Assembly: GCA_028713575.1 (NCBI GenBank)
Contig: JAQTOB010000001.1
Location: forward strand, 27,619 to 91,618
DNA length: 64,000 bases
Source of the DNA: Patescibacteria group bacterium
Lineage (GTDB): Bacteria; Patescibacteriota; Patescibacteriia; UBA2591; UBA6264
Direction: 5' to 3'
Shown: piece by piece, positions 45,462 to 55,749 of the stretch
Numbering within the stretch: position 1 is the first letter of the stretch
How the letters are laid out: every line of letters starts with the position of its first letter
Notes under the pieces: model-generated
What the model was told of the DNA's origin: nothing
Seen by the model: only the letters and a program-made list of their open reading frames with translations
The model's database searches: none
Position numbers and translations under genes: made by a program

Positions 45462-46502
45462 TTATTTTGAAATATTAATTAGACCTAAATAAAGTATGTT
45501 GGTGTTAATTGGATCAATTAATATTTTATTTGGGACTCTTTTGCTAGGCAAAGACTTGGTTGTCCAATTTTCTCCGCCATCAACCGATTTATAAATTGTT
45601 TTTTGAGTCGCATAATAAATAATATCTGGATTGTGAGGATTAATTGCGACAACATAAATCTTTAACCCTCGATTGGAAGAAATTAATTTATATTCTCTCC
45701 AATTTTTTCCACCGTTTTCGGTATGAAATAATCCGTTATTTTTAACCATTAATAAGGCGTCTGAAAAATTCTGATTTAAAATAATCTGTTCTGGATTTCC
45801 CGATTGATAATTCTCTTTTAAAGAAACCCATGTTATTCCTTGGTCTTCTGAACGATAAGCCTCTTTATCTTTGGCCAATAAATAAATTATTTGAACATTA
45901 TAAGGATTGATTAATATCTGTTGCACTTCTCTTCCAAAATTATATAAATTTGTCCAACTAATGCCGTTATTTTCGCTTTTGATAAGTCGACCATCTGAAA
46001 GTCCGGCATAAATGAAATTATTAAACAAAGGATTAATCGCCAAAGATTTTATCTCCACTCCCGGCAATGATTCTAAATAAACATTTTCCCAAGTTCGATT
46101 AGCGTCCCTTGTTCTAAATATTTTTCCCTCAATGGCGACATAAACAACGTGTTTGGCCTTGGGGTCAACGGCGACAACATTGATTTTTCCATTTGGCAAT
46201 CTTCTAACCCTCTCCCATGATTCTGCCGCGTCAAAACTTACAAAAAGACCATCCCTTCTAGTCCCTAAATAGATTGTTCCTGTATCTTGAGGGTCAAAAC
46301 AAAGTTCGGTCACCTCAACATTATCTAAAATGTTATTTTCTTGTGGCAAACTTAAAAAAACCGATTTCTGTCGCCAGCGCTCCATTTCGTCAACTGATTT
46401 ATAAACACCGCCATCAAATGCCCCCCTCTCTATTTTAATACAACCGCCAGTAACAAATAAAATAAATAATAAAATTGCAATTGATCTTTTTTTCATAAAC
46501 AA
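45462..46502 (-). CDS. secreted/lipoprotein BNR (Asp-box) repeat beta-propeller protein
   Basis: Signal peptide with Cys (LFVTGGC). Repeated S/T-x-D-x-G-x-T/S-W motifs (AAESWER, GISWTN, GITWVS, GGKNWRE, GGENWTT). Confidence 0.55.
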   Translation of the reverse strand: MFMKKRSIAILLFILFVTGGCIKIERGAFDGGVYKSVDEMERWRQKSVFLSLPQENNILDNVEVTELCFDPQDTGTIYLGTRRDGLFVSFDAAESWERVRRLPNGKINVVAVDPKAKHVVYVAIEGKIFRTRDANRTWENVYLESLPGVEIKSLAINPLFNNFIYAGLSDGRLIKSENNGISWTNLYNFGREVQQILINPYNVQIIYLLAKDKEAYRSEDQGITWVSLKENYQSGNPEQIILNQNFSDALLMVKNNGLFHTENGGKNWREYKLISSNRGLKIYVVAINPHNPDIIYYATQKTIYKSVDGGENWTTKSLPSKRVPNKILIDPINTNILYLGLINISK

Positions 46503-46564
46503 AATTTTAAATTTTTATTAACCGAAATAAATAAAATTTTATATTTATTCCAATCTAATTTTTA

Positions 46565-47524
46565 TTATAAATAATTAATCAACAAATTTTCAATCGCCAT
46601 CCTGGGATTTACATTCATTGTTAAAAATAATCTTGTCTGATAAATTTCTTCAATTAAATCTTTTATTTTTTCAAATGAATAATTTTGGGATAAAATCTTC
46701 AATTGTTTAAAAAATTCTTGATTAATCGGCTCAAGGCCTAATTTTATTAACAAAATATCCCTAATAATAATCAAAAAATTTTCTAAGGCCTCTTTTTGAG
46801 GGGTCTCTGAATTTATAATCAAATCCGTTAATTTAAATTTATTGTCTGATTCATTAATGTTCAAAAGCGACAATATCTGGCTTGTTGTTTTTTTTATTTG
46901 CGTGATTTTTTCCGTATTTTTGGCAAGTTCAAGGGCTCGTCCCGGACGACCTAAAGACAATTTTAAAATTTCTGACAACTCTAATTGACTTAAAGAATGT
47001 TTATTTTTCAAATAAGCCATTATTTCCTTTGTTCCCGGAAAATTAAATTTTAAAGCCTGGCAACGTGAACGAAGCGTAGGGATAATATTATTAAAACTTC
47101 TACTAATTAAAATAATAATTGATTTTTTCGGCGGTTCTTCTAAGGCCTTTAAAAGGGAATTAGAAGCCTGTAAAGTAAGATTATCTGCTTCTTCTATTAT
47201 AGCAATTTTATAAGGGGCTGCAAATGGGGTAGAAAAAATAAAAGACTGGATTTGACGAATCTGTTCAACTCCTATTTTCTCTTTCTTCAAAGAACCATGA
47301 AGCCAAAAAATATCGGGATGAATTTTCTGATTAATTTGTTGACAAAGATGGCATTCGCGAAATTCTTCTTTACATAAGCAGAACAAACGAGTGATAAAAT
47401 GTTCCGCTACTGTTGCTTTTCCAATATTTTCAGGTCCGTAAAATAGATAAGCATGAGCTAATTGATTTTTGGCGATATTTTGCTCTAAAAAATAAATATT
47501 TTTTTGATGACCAATAATATTCAT
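46565..47524 (-). CDS. holB: DNA polymerase III delta-prime subunit
   Basis: YLFYGPENIGKATVAEHF...CHLCQQINQKIHPDIFWL; the start is taken at MNIIGHQ to avoid overlapping the upstream gene. Confidence 0.7.
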   Translation of the reverse strand: MNIIGHQKNIYFLEQNIAKNQLAHAYLFYGPENIGKATVAEHFITRLFCLCKEEFRECHLCQQINQKIHPDIFWLHGSLKKEKIGVEQIRQIQSFIFSTPFAAPYKIAIIEEADNLTLQASNSLLKALEEPPKKSIIILISRSFNNIIPTLRSRCQALKFNFPGTKEIMAYLKNKHSLSQLELSEILKLSLGRPGRALELAKNTEKITQIKKTTSQILSLLNINESDNKFKLTDLIINSETPQKEALENFLIIIRDILLIKLGLEPINQEFFKQLKILSQNYSFEKIKDLIEEIYQTRLFLTMNVNPRMAIENLLINYL

Positions 47525-47555
47525 TTTAATTCCATAAATAAAAAATCCAATAAAA

Positions 47556-48674
47556 TTATTTGATTGCCTGAAAAATTTTGTAAGTTTCAAAAGCGCATTT
47601 TTCCCAAGAAAAATCTTTAACGTTTATAAATCCTTTTTGGCGCAATTGATTAACAATATTTTCATCTCTAATCACTTTTTCCATTATTCTTGCTAAATCA
47701 TTGATGTCCTGAGGATAAAAATATAAAACTGCCGATTTACCTATTTCCGGTAAACAGCTTGATTTGCTGGAGATAACAGGACAACCGCAAGCCATTGCCT
47801 CAAGAAGCGGCAAACCAAAGCCTTCGTAAAGAGAGGGAAAAATGAAAGCTACTGCTCCATTATAAAAATAAACTAAATCTTCTTCTTTAACATAACCCGG
47901 GAGAAAAAACATTTTTTTAACCAATTCTAATTCTTTTTTTATTTTCACATAACCAAAACCGCTTCTCCCGATTAAAACCATTTTAGGAACGTTTAATTTT
48001 TTTTGTTTTATTAATTTTTTATAAGCGTTAATTAACGCAATAATATTTTTTTTACTCTCAATCCTCCCCACATAAAGAAAATACGGTTTTTCAATCTTGT
48101 AATTTTGAAGAACTGAATTTATTTTTTCCAAATCTTTTTCTTGATAAAAAACTTTTTCGTTATAGCCCTCGTGAACAACCTCTATTCTATTCTCTTTCAC
48201 TTTATAAAATTTAAGGACTTCTTCTTTAGTAAATCTTGAAGGAACGATTATTTTATTTGCCTGACGAGCCGCCCGCCAATAAACCAAATTAAGATAAATT
48301 CTTTGCCAAAGAGAATAGGCCTTTTTAAAACGTTTAAAACCTAAATCATGAATGGTTATTACTGATTTAATCGGACAAATAATCGGCAGACAATGAGCCG
48401 GAACAAATAAAATATCTGGTGGATTAAATAACATTTCTGTGGCCAGTCTTATCTGTGTCCATAAATATTTTACCGGCCAATGCAATATTTTACTCCGCCA
48501 ATTTTCAGGCAATGTTGCTAAATCATGTTTTAATTTGTCAGAAGAATATAAAATAAATTTATCCCCTTGATTTAAAGGGATTTTTTTCAATTCTTGAATC
48601 AAATAATATGAATACCATCCAATACCTGTTTTTTGTTTTTGATTAGCCCGGGAGGCATCTATTCCAATTACCAT
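47556..48674 (-). CDS. GT4-family glycosyltransferase
   Basis: EGFGLPLLEAMACGCPVISS (E-x7-E region). Confidence 0.8.
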   Translation of the reverse strand: MVIGIDASRANQKQKTGIGWYSYYLIQELKKIPLNQGDKFILYSSDKLKHDLATLPENWRSKILHWPVKYLWTQIRLATEMLFNPPDILFVPAHCLPIICPIKSVITIHDLGFKRFKKAYSLWQRIYLNLVYWRAARQANKIIVPSRFTKEEVLKFYKVKENRIEVVHEGYNEKVFYQEKDLEKINSVLQNYKIEKPYFLYVGRIESKKNIIALINAYKKLIKQKKLNVPKMVLIGRSGFGYVKIKKELELVKKMFFLPGYVKEEDLVYFYNGAVAFIFPSLYEGFGLPLLEAMACGCPVISSKSSCLPEIGKSAVLYFYPQDINDLARIMEKVIRDENIVNQLRQKGFINVKDFSWEKCAFETYKIFQAIK

Positions 48675-49681
48675 TATTTCATGGCTAAAATACTTCTTTT
48701 GTATGATTCTAAATTGTCTAAGGCCATGCCCGTTCCTCGCGCCACTGAAAGCAATGGTTCATCGGCCAAATAAGCAGGAACGCCTATTTCTTTGGTTAAT
48801 AATTTTTCAAAATTTCTCAATAAAGAACTTCCTCCGGACAAAACCATACCCTTTTCCATCACGTCAGCGGACAATTCCGGCGGCGTTTCATAAAGCACTG
48901 ATTTAACCGCTATTACAATTGCTTTTAACTCGTCTTGAATTGCCTCTGTAACGTCATCGGAATCAATGGTAATGACCCGAGGCAAACCTAAAATCATATC
49001 CCTTCCCTTAATATCTAGTTTGAGTTTTTTTTCTAATGGCAACGCTGATCCTATTTTTATTTTAACTTCTTCGGCTGTTCTTTCTCCAATCGCCAAATTA
49101 TATTTTTTTCTAATAAAAGTGGCAATAGCATAATCAAATTTATTTCCGGCGACTCTGACCGAAGTGCAAGAAACAATTCCTCCCAAAGAAATAACCGCCG
49201 CTTCGGTTGTTCCGCCGCCAATATCAATAATCATGTGGCCTGAAGCTGAACCAATTGGTATATTTGAGCCAATGGCGGCCGCAATCGGTTCCTTAATAAT
49301 ATAAGCGGCCTTGGCTCCAGCCCTCATAGTAGCGTCAACCACGGCTCTTCTTTCAGAAGAAGTACAGCCGCCGGGAACAGCTACCATCACTTCTGGACGA
49401 AAAATATTAAAACGGCCAACCACTTTACCGATGAAATACTTTAACATTGCTTCTGTGGTTTTATAATCGGCAATAACTCCGTCTTTTAATGGCTTTTTCG
49501 CCACAATTGTATCCGGCGTCCGACCTATCATCTCTTTGGCCTCATCACCAACGGCTAAAACGCTCTTATCTATAGTGGAAATGGCGACGACAGAAGGTTC
49601 ATTGGTAACGATTCCCTTATTTGGCAAATAAACAAGAATATTTGTTGTTCCTAAATCAATACCTATTTTTTTATTAAACAT
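48674..49681 (-). CDS. mreB: rod-shape determining actin homologue MreB, paralog 2
   Basis: KIGIDLGTTNILVYLPNKGIVTNEPSVVAI... Confidence 0.85.
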   Translation of the reverse strand: MFNKKIGIDLGTTNILVYLPNKGIVTNEPSVVAISTIDKSVLAVGDEAKEMIGRTPDTIVAKKPLKDGVIADYKTTEAMLKYFIGKVVGRFNIFRPEVMVAVPGGCTSSERRAVVDATMRAGAKAAYIIKEPIAAAIGSNIPIGSASGHMIIDIGGGTTEAAVISLGGIVSCTSVRVAGNKFDYAIATFIRKKYNLAIGERTAEEVKIKIGSALPLEKKLKLDIKGRDMILGLPRVITIDSDDVTEAIQDELKAIVIAVKSVLYETPPELSADVMEKGMVLSGGSSLLRNFEKLLTKEIGVPAYLADEPLLSVARGTGMALDNLESYKRSILAMK

Positions 49682-49717
49682 AAACTTATATTACTGTTTA
49701 TATAAAACTAACATTAT

Positions 49718-50767
49718 CTATTCTATTTGATTTTCCAATGTTTTTTGGCGATATTTTGAATAGCGTTTAATCAAAATAGAAATCATTGTAGCTGCCGGAA
49801 CGGCTAAAATCATTCCGATTGGCCCCGCCAACTTTCCGCCGATTAATAAAGCAAGAATAATGGCTAGGGGGTCAAGCCCTACGGCTCGATGCATTACATA
49901 GGGAGAAATTAAAGCATTTTCAATTTGTTGAATAGCAATATAAAAAATCAAAACGAATAGAGCCAATGTTGGCGACTGAGTAAGGGCAATTAAAACCGCC
50001 GGAATAGCCCCTAACCAAGGACCAAGATAAGGAATAACCTCTGTTAAGCCGGCTATAACCGCTAAAGTTAAAGGAAATTTTACTCCCAAAATTAACAGAC
50101 CAAGATAAGCTAAAGTGCCGACAAATAAACAAAGCAAGAGCAATCCTCTAGCCCAGGCACCTATTTCTTTTTGAGTTGATTCAATAAATTTATCTAAAAA
50201 ATCTTGGTATTTGCGAGGCGTTATTGAACGAATAAAAGAGCGAACTGACTCTTTTCTCACGGATAAATAAAAAGCCAAAACGAAAGACATCAAAATTGAT
50301 ATTATTTGTCCGGCCATTGTGCTTAAAAAAGAAAAAACGGACAAAGTGCTTAATGATGACTTATCAAGCCATTTATCAATAATTTCAAAGAATTGACTTT
50401 GTGAGTCAAGCTGAATATTAGCTTCCATTTTACTAAAAATCGTTTTTAAAAAATTTGGAATTTGGTCAATAAAAAGCCTTGTTTGTTCTCCTACGGCTGG
50501 AACAATTGCCAGGCCGATCAAAATTAAAATTAGTAAAACGCCCAAATAAATAAAAACCGCACCCATTAAGCGAGGAATTTTTTTACGTTCAAGATAATTA
50601 ACAATGGGATTAATAATCGCCGCCAATAAACCGGCAATTAAAACAATCAAAATAACGTCTCTTAATAAATATAATATCCAAATTGCGGCAATAATTAAAG
50701 TTATTTTAATGATTGACCATAAATCTATTTTAATTGTCGTCACATTGTGATGATTTTTTTCTTCCAT
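49718..50767 (-). CDS. AI-2E family (PerM/YhhT-like) transporter
   Basis: Eight predicted TM helices; size and topology typical of the family. Confidence 0.65.
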   Translation of the reverse strand: MEEKNHHNVTTIKIDLWSIIKITLIIAAIWILYLLRDVILIVLIAGLLAAIINPIVNYLERKKIPRLMGAVFIYLGVLLILILIGLAIVPAVGEQTRLFIDQIPNFLKTIFSKMEANIQLDSQSQFFEIIDKWLDKSSLSTLSVFSFLSTMAGQIISILMSFVLAFYLSVRKESVRSFIRSITPRKYQDFLDKFIESTQKEIGAWARGLLLLCLFVGTLAYLGLLILGVKFPLTLAVIAGLTEVIPYLGPWLGAIPAVLIALTQSPTLALFVLIFYIAIQQIENALISPYVMHRAVGLDPLAIILALLIGGKLAGPIGMILAVPAATMISILIKRYSKYRQKTLENQIE

Positions 50768-50795
50768 ATTTTTATATCTATAATTTATATTTTAA

Positions 50796-52097
50796 TTATA
50801 TCTCCTTTTTTAAAAGACGCAAGAAAATATTTTTATCTTTAATCGGCCCAATTAATGAAATATTAATATTTTTGAAAATATCTTGAGCGACGTTTTGAAT
50901 ATCTTTTCTTTGAACTTTTCTCATTTTCGCCAATTTTTCTTTCGGGGTAAAAATTTTTCCGGTTAATAGTATTTGTTTGGCATACCATCCGGCTAAATTG
51001 GCCGAATCTTCTAAATAAAGTCCAGTTGACCCTTCAATATAATCCTTTGCTCTTATTAATTCCTCTTTTGTCACTCCTTTATCTTTTATTTTTTTAAGTT
51101 CTTTTAATATAACTTCCACTGCTTCCTGTGTTTTGTTTTTATCAACGCCGGCAAAAATGCCATAATTACCAATGTCTTGATAAATATCAAAATCCGCGTT
51201 AATGGCATAGGCCAACCCCCTTTTGACCCTTACTTCTGTAAATAAACGCGAACTCATATTCCCACCCAAAATAACTAACAATAATTTAAGGGCTTCTATT
51301 TTGGGATGATTGTAATGATAGGCCAAGCCGCCCAAAGCAATCTGTGTTTGTTTTAAGTCTTTAAATAAAATTTTAACTTTATCTTTAATTTTTATTTTTT
51401 TGCGATTAAAAATTTTAAAACTTCCTTGTTTTTTTGCTCCGTGATATGGGGCAAAATATTTTTTCATTAAATTTATAACTTGCAACTTGTCTACGCCCCC
51501 GGAAATGGCGACAACCATTTGATGCGGTTGATAAAAAATTTTTTTATATGCTAATAATTTTTGGCGATTCATTTTTTTAACATCGCTTAATTGTCCGCTG
51601 ATTAATTGACCAAGGGGATGATTTTGATAAATAGTATTTTCAAAAAAATCATTAATATATAATAAAGGATTTTCTTGATACATTTTAATTTCTTCTAAAA
51701 TTACTCCCTTTTCTTGGCAAAACTCCTTTGCCTTAAAAAGCGAATTAAAAAGCATATCTGATAAGACGTTTAAGGCCGTTTCCATTTTATTATTAACCGT
51801 TTTTATCCAATAACCCGTATGGTCTTTTCCGGTGAAGGCGTTATAATTAGCGCCAATTCCATCCAATTCTTGAGCAATAGCCAGGCTAGTCGGACGTTTT
51901 TTTGTTCCTTTAAACATCATATGCTCTATAAAATGCGAAGCTCCATGCAGTTTTAAAGATTCGTGCCGAGACCCTGCCGGCAATAAAACTAAGGCCGTAA
52001 TTGTTTTGGAATTATTTTTAGGAATAATTACTAATTTTAAACCATTGGAAAGTTTTGTTTGATAATACATAGTCGCTTCGCTAAATTCAAAATGCAA
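50796..52097 (-). CDS. M16 (pitrilysin/insulinase-like) zinc peptidase
   Basis: Inverted zinc motif HFIEHMMFKGT (HxxEH). Confidence 0.8.
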   Translation of the reverse strand: MHFEFSEATMYYQTKLSNGLKLVIIPKNNSKTITALVLLPAGSRHESLKLHGASHFIEHMMFKGTKKRPTSLAIAQELDGIGANYNAFTGKDHTGYWIKTVNNKMETALNVLSDMLFNSLFKAKEFCQEKGVILEEIKMYQENPLLYINDFFENTIYQNHPLGQLISGQLSDVKKMNRQKLLAYKKIFYQPHQMVVAISGGVDKLQVINLMKKYFAPYHGAKKQGSFKIFNRKKIKIKDKVKILFKDLKQTQIALGGLAYHYNHPKIEALKLLLVILGGNMSSRLFTEVRVKRGLAYAINADFDIYQDIGNYGIFAGVDKNKTQEAVEVILKELKKIKDKGVTKEELIRAKDYIEGSTGLYLEDSANLAGWYAKQILLTGKIFTPKEKLAKMRKVQRKDIQNVAQDIFKNINISLIGPIKDKNIFLRLLKKEI

Positions 52098-52170
52098 AAA
52101 TTAAAATGTAACCTGCCTGCCGGCAGGCAGGAATGACAATTTAAAATTCAAAATAAACTCAACTTTTAAT
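52075..52170. repeat. composite repeat: AT-rich caaaatgcaaaa units, the GC palindrome CCTGCCTGCCGGCAGGCAGG, then further AT-rich units
   Basis: ctaaattcaaaatgcaaaaattaaaatgtaaCCTGCCTGCCGGCAGGCAGGaatgacaatttaaaattcaaaata; a paralogous copy lies inside valS at 31261..31320. Confidence 0.6.
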
Positions 52171-52173
52171 TTT

Positions 52174-53739
52174 TTATTCTAATTTTTCTTTTAAATACCC
52201 GGTTAACTCTGCTATAGCCACTCTTTTCTGTTTCATTGTGTCGCGGTCCCTGATAGTCACTTTTTTGTCTTCCAAGCTTTCAAAGTCTATTGTTAAACAA
52301 TATAAAGTGCCGATTTCATCTTGGCGACGATATCGCCGACCGATTGATCCAACCTCGTCATATTGAGCCGTCCAATATCTTTTAATCTCTCTAGATATGT
52401 CGCGCGCTAATTTTGTTAATTTCTCTTTTTTTGCTAAAGGTAAAATCGCAATTTTAATCGGGGCCAAATCTTTATGCAGATGCAAAACAACTTCTGTTTC
52501 TTTATTTGATTCTGTGGTGGTTGTTCGGCCACCGCCAATTTCTTCATAAGCATCTATAAAAAAGGCCAATAATGGCCGGTCCACGCCGGCCGAAGGTTCA
52601 ATAACATAAGGAATAAATTTCTTCCCATTTTCATCGCGACTAAATAAATTTTCTCCTGAAAATTTGCCATGTTGTTTCAAATCAAAATCACCCCGATTAG
52701 CAATGCCCTCCAGTTCCGACCAATTAAAGGGAAATTTATATTCCACATCTGAACAGGCCTGGGCATAATGAGCTAATTCATTCTTTTTATGCTCTCTAAG
52801 TCTAAGGTTCTCTTTTTTTATTCCTAATTTTACATACCAATCTAATCTTTCTTTTAACCAATATTGATGCCATTTTTTTGCCTCTTGAGGATGAACAAAA
52901 AATTCTAATTCCATTTGTTCAAACTCTCTGGTTCGAAAAATAAAATTGCCCGGCGTGATTTCATTACGAAACGATTTGCCGATTTGGGCGATTCCAAAAG
53001 GAATTTTTGTCCTAGAAGATTGTAAAACATTATTGAAATTAACGAAAATTCCTTGAGCCGTTTCCGGTCTAAGATAAGTTTTTTGAGCCGTTGCCTGCAC
53101 TGGTCCAATACTGGTGGACAACATAAGATTTGCTGAAGTCGGTTCAGAAAGCGCTTCTCCGCACAAAGGACAAGGAATAGCCGCCAGACCATCGGCTGAG
53201 GCAGCTATTCTGCCAATAAAATTTCTAAAATCCAAATCCGTCTGTTTAAATGTTTTATGAATATCACTAATCCAAGAAAGCGTTACTTCAGGTCTCAAGA
53301 CAAGCGCCAAATTAGGTGCTAAATCTTTTCCCTTAGTTTTCGCCCAGTTAAAAAGATCTTTGCTTGTTTTATGCCCTGCCATATCCTTTAATAATGACTG
53401 CCACCAATCGCCGTTCCAAATAAGATCATAAATTTGATCGCCGCGAAACTGCTTTTTACAAAAAGGACAAGAATAAAATGGATCTTTAAAACCGGCGACA
53501 TGACCGCTAGCTTCCCAAACTTTTGGATTGAGTAAAATCGCGCTATCAAGTCCGACTACATCTTCCCTTTCCTGGACTACTTTTTTCCACCAGGCTTTTT
53601 TAATATTATTTTTCAGTTCAACTCCTAGGGGGCCGTAATCATAACAAGAACCCAGCCCGCCGTAGATTTCCGAGGACCGAAAAATGAAACCGCGGCGCTT
53701 ACACAAAGAAACTATTTTTTCCATTAAATTTTGATTCAT
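52174..53739 (-). CDS. glyQS: glycyl-tRNA synthetase, dimeric archaeal/eukaryote-like type
   Basis: MNQNLMEKIVSLCKRRGFIFRSSEIYGGLGSCYDYGPLGVELK... Confidence 0.85.
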   Translation of the reverse strand: MNQNLMEKIVSLCKRRGFIFRSSEIYGGLGSCYDYGPLGVELKNNIKKAWWKKVVQEREDVVGLDSAILLNPKVWEASGHVAGFKDPFYSCPFCKKQFRGDQIYDLIWNGDWWQSLLKDMAGHKTSKDLFNWAKTKGKDLAPNLALVLRPEVTLSWISDIHKTFKQTDLDFRNFIGRIAASADGLAAIPCPLCGEALSEPTSANLMLSTSIGPVQATAQKTYLRPETAQGIFVNFNNVLQSSRTKIPFGIAQIGKSFRNEITPGNFIFRTREFEQMELEFFVHPQEAKKWHQYWLKERLDWYVKLGIKKENLRLREHKKNELAHYAQACSDVEYKFPFNWSELEGIANRGDFDLKQHGKFSGENLFSRDENGKKFIPYVIEPSAGVDRPLLAFFIDAYEEIGGGRTTTTESNKETEVVLHLHKDLAPIKIAILPLAKKEKLTKLARDISREIKRYWTAQYDEVGSIGRRYRRQDEIGTLYCLTIDFESLEDKKVTIRDRDTMKQKRVAIAELTGYLKEKLE

Positions 53740-53776
53740 ATATAAATATTATCAAATTTTATAAAAAAATAAATGG

Positions 53777-55012
<1,236 letters not shown>

Positions 55013-55735
55013 TTATTCAAGACGCCAATAAAAAAATTCCTTCAAAATTTTATCTGCCATTAAAAAATTTTTGTATTCAAAGTCCTGATTAATCAAACTG
55101 TCAAAATCGCGATAAAGCAATTTTTGTAAAATATTTAGAACTTCTTGACTAATTTTAGTCCCTTTTGTTTCTGTGTCTAATTCTAATTTATGTTTTAAGC
55201 AAATTATTCCTCCCTTCTTCGGACTAAAAATAATTTCTTTTCCCTTAGGAATTTTGTTGCAAAACAAACATTTTTTTATTTCAGGACAATAACCCAAAAA
55301 CGCCAAAAATTTAATTAAAAAGGCATTGCTGATAAACATGGTTTTCTGTTCTGATAAATAATTGATTTTTTCCAAAAATTTTAATATTAACGAAAAAATT
55401 TTCTGGTCAGATTGAGTTTTAATCAATTGATCTATTCTTCTAAACAAATTATTGACTTGTATCGTTTTTCTGTTGCTTTTAAATATCCCTTTAAATGATT
55501 TTTTCACCGCGCCGCCAATCAAATGAAAATTATTTCGCCCGGAAACGACCACTAAGTCCAATAAAGCGAATGGTTCAGCAACGATCGGGGCCAATTTGGA
55601 ATTGATTTTTCGTCCACCGCGCATTAAAATTTCAACTTTCCCCTCCTCTTGACTATAAAAAAAAATTATTTGATCATTTTCTCGGTAATTTTCTTTTTTA
55701 AAAACGATTCCGGACAAATGTCGTGTATTTGACAT
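55013..55735 (-). CDS. recO: DNA repair protein RecO
   Basis: N-terminal OB-fold pattern and a C-terminal zinc finger (CLFCNK...CLKH). Confidence 0.65.
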   Translation of the reverse strand: MSNTRHLSGIVFKKENYRENDQIIFFYSQEEGKVEILMRGGRKINSKLAPIVAEPFALLDLVVVSGRNNFHLIGGAVKKSFKGIFKSNRKTIQVNNLFRRIDQLIKTQSDQKIFSLILKFLEKINYLSEQKTMFISNAFLIKFLAFLGYCPEIKKCLFCNKIPKGKEIIFSPKKGGIICLKHKLELDTETKGTKISQEVLNILQKLLYRDFDSLINQDFEYKNFLMADKILKEFFYWRLE

Positions 55736-55749
55736 ATTGATTTAAAAAA

